Below are positions 38,503 through 49,340 of a stretch of DNA of 64,000 nucleotides, in pieces; within the stretch, counting starts at the first letter, position 1, and every line of letters begins with the position of its first letter. The notes beneath the pieces are model-generated. The model was not told where the DNA came from, ran no database searches, and was given only the letters and a program-made list of their open reading frames with translations. Source of the DNA: Catajapyx aquilonaris (taxonomy: Eukaryota). Location: the NCBI GenBank assembly GCA_000934665.2, contig JYFJ02000982.1:1-64000 (forward strand). The letters run 5' to 3'. The translations under genes were made by a program, and so were the position numbers.

Positions 38503-38790
38503 TAATTCTTCTGATAACAGTGACACCGAATTTGCAATTAATAAACATCAAATTATACCTCCTGTTGTGCATTCCTTTTTTAAAAAAAAAAGTCTCTAAG
38601 GAAAAAACAATGAAAAATAGAGAACGTTTCAATAAAAGCGGACCTGGTCTGGACCAGGTCCATTATTTTTGTTACAGATTCGACTGTTGCTATTTCCGAT
38701 ACGGTATTGTATTTCTTCCCAGAACCTGCCATGGAAATGTCTTTGGATCAACAATGCCTATCTTCAGAACATAGTTATTTAGGGAAAGAC

Positions 38791-41700
38791 ATGGCGAGGA
38801 TTTTGGTTGGAAGTCTCGCTCTCTTCCTTCTCTTGTGTTTGTTAGAAGTCCATGTTACATCAGGAAGTTATAGGAAATCGTACCTGAAGAAGTATCACAT
38901 CGTTTCCAGTCGCGTGAAGGTAAGAGTGGTCGAGTGATACTTGGCTACACCTGACCAGTGGGAACAAAAGGTTCAAACCTGTGTCTGTACCTGCCCTTTC
39001 CAGATTCCCAGGATAAGACGGGTGTCCTTAGAAGACAGTTCTGACTCCATATTCGATGATCACCCTGACTACTGCATTTATCTCCGGATAAAGAACATCC
39101 CTCCTGGACTCGACATTTGCCTCCGTATCCGTCAAAGAAGCGACATGAACTTGACCTTCATGTCTACCGACGGCAGTAATCTCGTCGAGATACCGGACAA
39201 CATCCGAGGAGCCATGGTGTACGGACATGCCAACCAGGACAGACTCAACTCATTTGTGTCCGGGTACATTCACAACGGCCAGTTCTTCGGGGAGATCACC
39301 TTTAGAGGCCGGATCTTCGCAGTGGAAGAGCTCTGGTCGCACGACGAGACCATAAGGAACAGCGGTGGTAGTCCTTTCCCGACGTTGTCCAACAGGAAGA
39401 GCGTACTGTATGAGCTCGTGGACTTCATGACTGACTCAGGACAGCTAACGCTTCGAAGACAGAAGCTCGGAGACGTCATGACTGACCCAGGACAGGTAAG
39501 GCTTCGAAGACAGAAGCGCAGTGTGTCCAAGAAGGCTGAACGGTACAGGCCTTACGGAAGGTCCTACGACTTGGAGGACCAGTCCCACCTATTCAAAACG
39601 AACAGGATCTTCCACCCTCTCAGGTAAGACTCGACATTTCCGAGTAACCTAGAGATGATTTTTTTTACAAGCCACCCGAGTGCGCACCCACATTCGCGCA
39701 GCTCTGTTGTCCAGACAACAACGTTGCCAGAATTACTCGTATCTGCCGATTCTTTTCAGGCAGTACGAGGTGGTGTGCAGACTGGCTATACTAGCGGACC
39801 ACTTCTTCTTCAAGAATATGGCTAACGAGGATAGCCTTCTGGCGTTTCTGAAGCTGGTGAGCTTCGCCGAGAGAGTGCGGTACATTTTCAGCCACATCAA
39901 CTACGACCCCGGAAACCCAAATCCTGGCACCAGATCGGACGAGATTCGCTACAGGATAAAAGACGTGAGTTGCTCATTATAGGTTCAGTACTTCAACCAT
40001 CAGGTTCCCTAAGCTGAAGCATATTGCGAAACCCTTTCCCACAGTTTGTCGTGTTCGAGAAAGAGGACGTGGAGGGATATCCCATTACCAGCAGCACCCT
40101 CCACCTAGACATAGCCGAACGATACGTGTCCACCATGAGCAAAGGCTTAAACCTACAGGAATTCTGCATAGGAATAGTGATTTCGGGACACAACTTCACT
40201 GGGGATCCAGGCAAGTACACATTACAAGTCTTGACTCACGTCTTATAAATCCGTCGCACCACGAACCATATGAGAAAAGGGAGGCCATCACCTTTGAAAT
40301 TTTATCTACAATTATGCCACTGGTTTATTGTGCCTTTATACCGATGGTGACTCGTTTGGTTCGGACTTGACCAATTGATGACTTTTTCTGAACTGTGCAG
40401 CGACCGTGAACTTCTGTTTCAGGCAAGGCTTTTGAACCCGATCCCGATCGAGAGCTCGGAGGTCTGTGCGAGTCAAGCATTTCGATCGACGGAGAAACAT
40501 GGAGCAGGAACATCCTGGCAGTGTCGGCCGCAGCTTCTGGAGGGACGAGTGCACTTCCCAGCAGGAAGGCCAGCACTCTCATCGCCTACTACATGGCGAG
40601 GGCCATGGGGGCCAAAGACGACGACTCATCCTGCGATCCTCCAGGTATATATGCCAAGTGCACATAACACATCTGCGGTATGTACATAATAATGTTGGCC
40701 CGCGGTTTCCTTTCCAGATTCGGAGAAAAACGGTTACTACTTGATGCACAGCCACGACCAGGACGGCTCAAAGAAGAACCACTGGCTGCTGTCACAGTGC
40801 AGCAAAATGCAGATCAAGGTCATCTTGGACAAGCAGGCAAACTGCTTCACAATCGGCGACACCTCATATTGCGGGAACGGTACTTGCTTGTATCGTCTAC
40901 AGACAGAACGGATGTAATGCTATGTTCTTAACAGGCATAATCGAGAATGGCGAGGAGTGCGACTGCGGTACGGAGCACGTTACCTTTGGCTGCGAGGCGC
41001 ACGACGGATGCTGCCACCTGCCCATGTCGAAGGACGCGTGCAAAGTCGTGTAAGTTGCGTGACGTCATGCAAATGCGACTATTTTCTTCCTGCAACATTT
41101 AGTTGGACCGTGTGTCGTTTTGGATATTGCTGTTGTGATGCATACCCGGCATTTTACAGCACCGCGAAGCCATGCGAGAACGATGCGTGGCCCTGCGTCA
41201 TGTGCAACAAGACGGGCTGGCCCAAGTGCCAGTCCCACGAGAGGCCCTGCGATAAAGGCGAGGTCCCATGCTTACCAAGGTCCATCTACTGTCTCAACCA
41301 GACGAACCAGCCGGAGCCCTGCTGGTGCCTGTCCGACGAGACTCCCTGCTGCAACGAGACCAAACTGACCATGTGCAAGTCGAGGCCCTGCCGGTTCAAC
41401 GAGGTCCCCTGCAAGTCCCGGAAGCCGGGGCTTCCGTGCAAGATGGACGAATACCCTTGCATCCCTTGTGGCAAGCCAAAGCAGCCTCCCTGCAACCAGA
41501 CGTTGTGCAACGATAACTGCAATAGCTCCACTGATTGCAGGCTGTGCAGACCAGAGGAAGAGCCGTGCCGGTTGTTGAGGGGGTGTGGTGAATATGAGAT
41601 GCCTTGCTCGTACAACTGCACAGGAGTGGAGAACAGCGTTGAGTGCAGGGAATGCGAGGTTGGGGAAGAACCGTGCTTCCCCAAGCGTAGGAATTGCGCA

Positions 41701-44254
41701 TTCTATGAGGTCCCCTGCATCGAGTGCATCGTTTTTGACGGCATCAGGGAATGCCCGTTTATATCGGAGGCGATGCGGTGCGAGGAGGGAAAACCACAAC
41801 AAAACCAAAAACACTGCTTTCGGCAGTGCGAGGAGGGTGAAGAACCCTGCCTAGAGATTCAAAACTGCTTCAAGTTGACGAACGATAGCAGGCCGGGCAC
41901 CAAGCTGTATGATAGCTGCGCGGAGTGCGGGACCCATGGGCGGCCAGCTTGCACCGAGTGCAAACAGCCGTGCAAAGCCGACCAGCGAAATTGCTTGGAG
42001 ACGGTCTCCTGTCCCTCCTTCGTCACACGCTTCCGTGATTTTGTACCCCTCTGGTGCTTGGAGGTCGAGCCCTGCATCGGTTCGAACAGGCCCTGCCACC
42101 CCTGCGGCACCGAGTATTTCCCGGCCTGCGATAAGGTCCGGCTGCCGTGCAAGTTCTTCCAGCCCTCGTGCAATCTGTCGATCAAGTGCGTGCCAGGACA
42201 GGCGCCCTGCTGTCCACACCAAGGTAGGTAGGATAATTAACTTGCCACACACCCACGTCACATTAGACCTCGTGCTTGCAAAATTTCTTTCTGCAGCTAA
42301 GGATGAGCACTGCCTGCAGCAGAATTACAGGAGATGCAACAGAAGCGAGGCTACCTGCTTGTATGAGACGGAGTGCACAGTCGGACAGGAGCCTTGCAGA
42401 GAGTGCGGCGGTCCCTATCAGATGTCCTGCGAATACGGCCGTTGCAAGAGCGAATGCTTGTGCGGATCCCGATCGCCTTACAAAAGTTGCCGCGAGTACG
42501 AAAACGTCCAAGCATGCCTGACAGTGTGCGAGATGCACACCGAGTTGTGTAACGCCACGTGCCGTGAGCGAGACCCCTTCATGGCCGAGATATGTCAGGA
42601 GGACTGCCAAGACAACATGGACCTGTGCAACTACACGTGCCAACACCAGCTAGATCTCTGCGACAAGGTGTGCAAAGACTGCCTCGAGAAGTGCGAGTTC
42701 TGCAAAAATAATTTCTGCGACGCCGAAACACTTCCGTGCATCAGGGCCAATTGCACGAAAGGACAGGTGCCGTGCACCCCTTGCGGAGGACCCGAGGAGT
42801 GCCGCAAGGTGATGAACCCGTGCAGAGGCGAGGGTTCGTGCGTCGACAAGGCCCGGCCATGCGATGAGGGAGACGTCCCATGCAGGCTGGATTCGTGCGG
42901 ACCTGCCGCCAACACCTGCAGGCAGTGCGAGACAAATGAGACTCCGTGCTTCTTCCCAACCCGTACCTGCACGCAGGACGAGATTCAGTGCGTCCCTCGG
43001 CACTTGCCTCTCACCTGCGACGACCGCAAGTGCGATGACGACGAGACTCCCTGCAAGGCTCCGGTTCCTTGCGAGTACGGCGAGATGCCCTGCCAGCCCT
43101 GCGTCGACGACAATTGCACCGATCTCGAGCGTCCCTGCAAGTTGGGCCAGCTTCCGTGCGTCAAAGGGCGTCCCTGTTTGGCCAAGGAGTTGCCGTGCAC
43201 CCCGTGCGGAGAGTATGGCCAGCCCAAGTGCTACGACGTGACGAAACCATGCGGTCTCTTCGAGGTGCCTTGCAGGCTTCCAAAGGTGTGCGGGGTGGAC
43301 GAAACACCGTGCGAGCCGCCCAACTGCACCGATCTGCCTTGCCTCAGATGGCGGTGGTGCGAGCTGTGGGAAAGGCAGTGCGTGCAGTGCGGCCGGGAAG
43401 GACAGCCCCCGTGCGACCTGTTGTCCTGCAAGGACACGTGCAAGACGGACAGTTGCAGGCAGACGTGTGAGATGTGCCACACCTGCGACGCGGACGAGGT
43501 ACCTTGCCGCCCGAGGTTGCCTTGTGACTCCAGCGAGTGCAGGCGTCCGGACCCTGATCCTGCCTGCAAGTTTTGCGAGAGGATAGTGTGGAGGTGCCGT
43601 AGGGGGCAGAAGCCGTGCTCGGAGGACCCAGACTGCATAGAGGATGGCAATCCGGCGTGCAAAGGAGCCGAGCCGTGCAATCAGGCAAGCAAACCCTGCG
43701 CTGTTCCCAGGGCGTGCAAAGAAGGCGAGACATCCTGCGTGCTGTGTGGCATCTCAGGTCGGCCCCCGTGCACCAACTGCAGCGAGAGGATCTGCGACAT
43801 AGGCGAGATGCCGTGCAGCAGGCCGCAGATGTGCACGTACGACAAGCCCTGCGTCATGTGCGAGAAGCCAGGCTACGAGAACGTGCCGTGCTCCAGCGTC
43901 GTGCCGCCCAACCGCCCGTGCATGGACAGCGAGCTGCCGTGCGTGGAGCAGATGATATGCGACCACTTCGAAGAGAGGCCATGCGTCCCATGTGGCTGGA
44001 TAGGGACGCCCGAGTGCGAATCGATACAGGTTCCGTATCGGCCGTGCGGTATGCTCGAGATTCCTTGCCGAGCCAGGTGCACTCCGAGCGAGCTGGCTAA
44101 CCAGACGATTCTGCCTTGGAACTACGTGGAGATGATGAGGCCCAAGAGGAGGACCCAGTACGAGAAAGCGGCGGCTCATCGCGCGGAGGGGCTGCGGATT
44201 GGATTGGTTTTGATTGGGATGTTTGTCGCGTTTCGTCGACTGCTTGGGCAATGA
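38791..44254 (+). CDS. ADAM17/ADAM10-like pseudo-metalloprotease with long Cys-rich repeat extension (~1,546 aa)
   Basis: Nine phase-consistent exons: 38791-38919, 39004-39623, 39760-39964, 40045-40210, 40423-40644, 40718-40879, 40935-41049, 41160-42223, 42297-44254. Signal peptide, prodomain ending RQKR, CRLAILADHFFF, Met-turn GYYLM, SQCSK, CGNGIIENGEECDCG, hydrophobic C-terminus. Confidence 0.82.
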
Positions 44255-44537
44255 TTGGAGACAGATGGTTCAGTTGATTTGGAGGATTCTCAGTGAAGTA
44301 TAGGTTATGTTGAGACTGAGCAATAAAGACAGCGGTATTACGATCTTGTGTGTTTGAAAATACTATTTATCCGCTCAAATGTAGCCTACAGTGCTGGACG
44401 TTAATGGTGTCGTACTGGTGGCGCTGACGGCAAAAGAGCTCATTCATCACTTAGGTTCGCTCTTTTGTCGCCAGAGACTTGGGCGCCACCAGTATGAGAG
44501 TATGGCCCCCAGCCCCCCCAGCACTGTACTCCACATA

Positions 44538-44873
44538 ATCGGGTTAGTGCACCGCCCTAATTGGGCATCTGGCACGGTACCTTTATTTGCTTAAGCTGTA
44601 CAAGCTTTTACAAGTGGTCCTTTTCCGTAACGCCCGGGTACCGCGAGCGAAGGGGGAATGAATAGGAGGGGATGTGCAAAGTGCAAGTGCAATGTCGTTG
44701 CTTGGTCATTTTGTGAACTCCCCCGGGTGGCTTAGTCTGTCGGAAATTGCCACCCGAAATGAAGCCAGAGATGGCCCAACTCTGCACGGATAAAGGTGGG
44801 AACCCCGGGTGGGGATTGAACCCGGGACCTTAATATCTGTGGGCGCGCGCGTTACCGCGGCGCCACTTCATCT
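44538..44873 (-). mobile_element. tRNA-derived SINE (family B)
   Basis: Reverse strand GTGGCGCCGCGGTAA..GGTTCAATCCC (A/B boxes); perfect 16-bp direct repeat CACTGTACTCCACATA at 44522-44537 and 44874-44889. Confidence 0.85.
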
Positions 44874-45596
44874 CACTGTACTCCACATATCTTAGCTTAT
44901 TATTACTTTATTTCATTTTATTTATTTTAATATGCAAATTCTTGTGGTGTTTTGGAAAGCTACACTCAGTAGTTGAAATAGAAACACTTACACTAATTAT
45001 TAATTGTTTAGTATGATGTTGCATCTGATTACCATGCTAAGATTTTATCCTTGACCTAGGCAACCAAAATCACATGCATTGCCAACCTAATATTAGCAAA
45101 AATCACACCATATGCACTATTGGCGAGTTTAAAAAAATAAATTAAAATCTAAGTAGCCTACCCATTCTGAATATTTTCGGACGTTTTACGGCACTCAACT
45201 TGCGAAACAGTCATCTTCGCAATTTCCGAAAATTAGCCCATTGACTCAACGCTGTACGGCTGCCCCGTTGCAAAAGGCAAATTAATTGCAAAATGCCCAC
45301 ACAAGCACAGCATTAATTTGAGTGGATTAATCTGTGTCTAAAATATGTATTCTATACAATCATGCACTGCGCTAAACGGCTAAAGTACTATTCCGCCAAT
45401 CTCTGGACGTTATTTACTTGACCTTCACATGTTGTGTAATCAGCCGCACACCATGTGCTGGGCACAGTCTCTTCAAAGCGTTCAAGGCTTGTTAACCGGC
45501 AGTCTTCGTAGCGAACAGATCTGAAACAGATCGTGAGTTACAGTGTTACACGTGTGATAATTCACGTCGTTTCTCAAGTGAACGTAGTCACTGGCC

Positions 45597-46724
45597 ATGC
45601 CTGTCGACTTTTACTACCTGCGATGCAGTCCGTGCTGCAGGACTGTGGTTTTGACGGCAAAGGCTCTTGGTGTTGAATTCAACATGAAGGAACTCGATTA
45701 TCGCAAAGGAGAGCACCGCACACCCGAATTCACCAAGGTCAGTGTCTTTGTAGTGATGGGCAGTCGTGCTCCATTTTCACAGCATATATTTCAAATATTT
45801 TTTTTTACGCAGATAAACCCACAGCGCATCCTTCCAACCATCGTGGATGACGGTTTTGCAGTCTGGGAAAGGTGTGTTCTTCATCATTACCATAATATTA
45901 ACCATTGTTGCTATAACCATCTCGTTTTCAGCCGTGCAATATCCGTGTACCTGGCCACCAAGTACGGCAAGGATGACACTCTGTACCCGAACGACTCCAA
46001 GAAGCGAGCCATTGTGGAACACCGGCTTAATTTTGACCTAGGCACCCTGTACCGACGCCTTTCCGACGCTTATGTATGTACAGACATATGACAGGGTGTC
46101 CCATAACAATTCCAACAAATCTATAATTAGTCTACTAGTGTAGCGGACTCGTTGCCAAATATCGGCAACACTGCCTGGCCCACCCCCAACATGGATGTAA
46201 TACGATATGCCACTACCAGTTGTCGCAAAGGCTCTCCCTCTGTACACTCCTGCCACTCTCAGGGAGAAAGTAGTACTACATGCACGTTGGTGATGAATCA
46301 CAGCGTGGACAAAGTCCACCAGGGCGCTATACTACTTTGTCCTCTAATTATTGTTGATCGATTGTAATCGACAGGTGTGAGTGTCAGTTATATTTATCCA
46401 CAGTTTGTGCCTATCTTCTTGGGAGGCACCAGGGTCGAACCAGAGAGGGTCAAGCAGTTGGAGGAAGCTTTGGAGCTGCTGGACGGATTTCTCTCCAAGA
46501 CCAAGTGGGTCGCAGGTGATGTCGTGACCGTGGCTGACCACACCATGGTGACCACGATCGGAACCATGGACTGCATAGGGATTGACCTGATCCGCCACAA
46601 GAATGTGACCAGGTGGTACAAGCAGTGCCAGGTTGAAATGCCTGGTTACAAGGAGGCCAGCGACCTGTTCGGAATCGAGCAGTACAGCGAAATAGCAAGG
46701 AAAGGACTGGAAGGAAAGATGTGA
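45597..46724 (+). CDS. GST Delta-class, unit 8 (divergent)
   Basis: MPVDFYYLRCSPCCRTVVL..INPQRILPT..; four exons; ends GLEGKM*. Confidence 0.9.
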
Positions 46725-47117
46725 AGGTGTCAAGTTCTGTATGTTCTGGACCAAAATAAATTTTGCCAATATAATAAATACATTTCTACCAGTCATTATG
46801 AGATACCTGATTACAATCATGAAAGTACCGACAGTTCTAGCCAATTTTGACAAAAATGTGGCAGATCTGCATTTCAGGTCTTCATATTGTTGTCAAACTT
46901 GCACTACCATTATTTTGATGTGCAAGGGTCATTGGCACTACGTAAGCCTGATTCTCTGACACATTCCTTCATTACGTGGAGTGACCACAGTTTCCTTCGT
47001 GTCTTCGGGTCGGTTGGTGTCACAATACTTTTATAACATTTATCATGGTGTGTGGTTTTACAACTCTGTACAGTTCGTTTTGATTATCAGGTTTGAATTG
47101 TCCTAGAGCACATCAAA

Positions 47118-48529
47118 ATGGATCAACTGTCAATTTGGGTTATTATTGTCTTGGCTGGTGCCGCCGTCTTAGCTGAAGGTATGGTTCACTATTTTGCTGA
47201 TTAACTCCTTATCCATTTAATTATAGCATTTTGCATTATTTTAAAACTCTTCAAGTGACCCCCCTAGTCAGGTTATTTTTCAAGTTAATATACAAAGTTC
47301 TGCACTAGTTCAGAGATAAACAGCGTGCATCCTTACAATAAAGCATGTTTATTATTATTTTTTAAATTACCCAGGTTCGTCAAATTCAAGCGAGCAGTGC
47401 CTGACAGAACAGGGTGACGTGAAAGAAGGTTGTGCGGCCATCTTGGTTCCATGGAAATCGACCTTCATGTTTGCTTGCCCAGGTTAGTGTTAAATCCGAT
47501 TTTATGTCTGGCTCCATGAGGTAACTTACTCAGGTAGTTAACCCAAACTTGATTCGAATAGTTCTGCAGTTCAATTCTTAATTTTTATTATAATTTTTCC
47601 CCCTCATTACGCGTATGTAGGCGAGGATGACAATTACACAATGGAAGATTGCTCCCATAAAACATACCCGATGTGCAATTTACCAGAATGCAGTGATGAT
47701 GCATTTAAGAAAGATTTGGACAACGTGGAGAGAGGCTCATTTGCTGTGCATGCCATCCACGAATGTCGATCCAGCCTCTGCGTTTCTCATCCTGGTAAAT
47801 ACCGCTCTTATAATCAGTCAATTATCTGATTATTTTTTCTCAGATTATTGCAGGAACGTCGAGTGTCGTCCCCCACCATACAATCGTACCGAATGCAAGG
47901 AATTAAATCAACACAAGTGCTGCTCCGACTATGTGTGTGGGAATTACAGACGACGTCATGAGAGTGAGTTTTGCATTAATATGTGGGTCATATGTAACAT
48001 TTAGATCGGTATACTGCTCATGTAAGAAATTAATTATTTTTGACGATTTTTGTTCGCTACAGCAACACGAGTAAAGAGAAGCAGCAATCTCGCTCCATTT
48101 CACACAAGTTGTTGAAGTAAACAATCCTATCTTCTATTGTTGGACCTTTCAGATGATCCAACATGTGATGGAAGATTGTATTGTTCGCCGGAGGCATTAA
48201 TTTACATGGATTCGATAAATTCGAAGCTGAATCCAGATGGATCACCTTGCGTGGTCTTTCTAGACGAGTACAACTGCGATGCTCCAGTTCACATGTGCAA
48301 AAGTACAAAATGCGATTATTTATTCCCCCTTTTTTAACGCTGATGATATTTTATGACAATTTCAGGCGATGAAAAACCCGGCCGTTGCCCCACAATAAAT
48401 GAAATTGATCAAGACATCGGCTTACTTCGGTCCTGTGTGGGAGACTACACCTGTCCCTCTGAGCAGAAGTGTTGCAAGTATTACATTTCTGCCATGTCGG
48501 GGTCATGCTTGGACCCTGTCAGCGACTAG
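47118..48529 (+). CDS. Secreted Cys-rich protein with VWC-like and 6-Cys WAP-like domains, copy 1 (~258 aa)
   Basis: Exons 47118-47178, 47375-47482, 47621-47794, 47844-47963, 48153-48302, 48366-48529, all introns phase 1. Signal peptide MDQLSIWVIIVLAGAAVLA; last exon KPGRCP..CVGDYTCPSEQKCC..SCLDP. Confidence 0.8.
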
Positions 48530-49340
48530 CATTGTTATTACAAGTGCTGTTGTGGAAAATAACAAAGATATCCGTCGCCTATTTCTATTGTGCACAGGCC
48601 TTATGTTTTCATCATTTGTAATTGTGTATTAAGCACTCGGAATTGAAGCTTCACAATCAAAAGATGACAGTTTTAATCAGCCCTCTCCCAAAGTTACAGT
48701 CGTTGTGCGCAAGTGACAAACGAGGAAAATAAAACTAAAAATCAACATTTTACGGTATGAAAATTAAAAGTAACTACGTTAAATATGAAATACCAAATAA
48801 ATAAATGAAATAAATTATTCAGAAAATAAATGGCATAATTATATGATAAAAATAAGATGACACGTATAAAAATAGAGTATTTCTTCTTATAAAAGGCTCT
48901 TTGTTTGTTTGTCCAGGTTTGATGGTTATCACATGGCAGCCCGTTATCATATATTGCTAGGAACTCACAGGTAAACCGGACATTATACATTTTGGGGTTC
49001 AAACCCAGTTCAAACCGAACAATTTCATCCATGCATTATTCAAAGTACGAGCATATTTTTGTGGGTAAATAGCGAGTTGTGTCCATTTTTCGGGGGTTAC
49101 TCTGAGTATACCCAGTGTCGGTGTAGGTTATTCACCGCACTATACTTTGCGTCATTCCGGAATTATTACTCACAACAACAATCATTTCTCTGCAAGTCAT
49201 TCGCATTGGTTCTGCGGAATGACACGCATACGGAAATACTCGTGTATTTAACCTGCAACGGTGTACTCCATGCATAATTTACTAGCTAGAGTTCATAAAT
49301 TTTATCAGTTGTAGCCGGTTGTAGCCCACTGCGTCACCAG

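Noticed and set aside
41272..44251. Many overlapping alternative-frame and antisense ORFs
   Set aside because: Expected by-product of GC-rich, Cys-repeat codon usage in the ADAM-like exons.
46136..46334. Possible small TIR element in intron 3 of GST unit 8 (TAGTGTAGCG / CGCTATACTA)
   Set aside because: Only a 10-bp imperfect inverted repeat, single copy, no clear target-site duplication.
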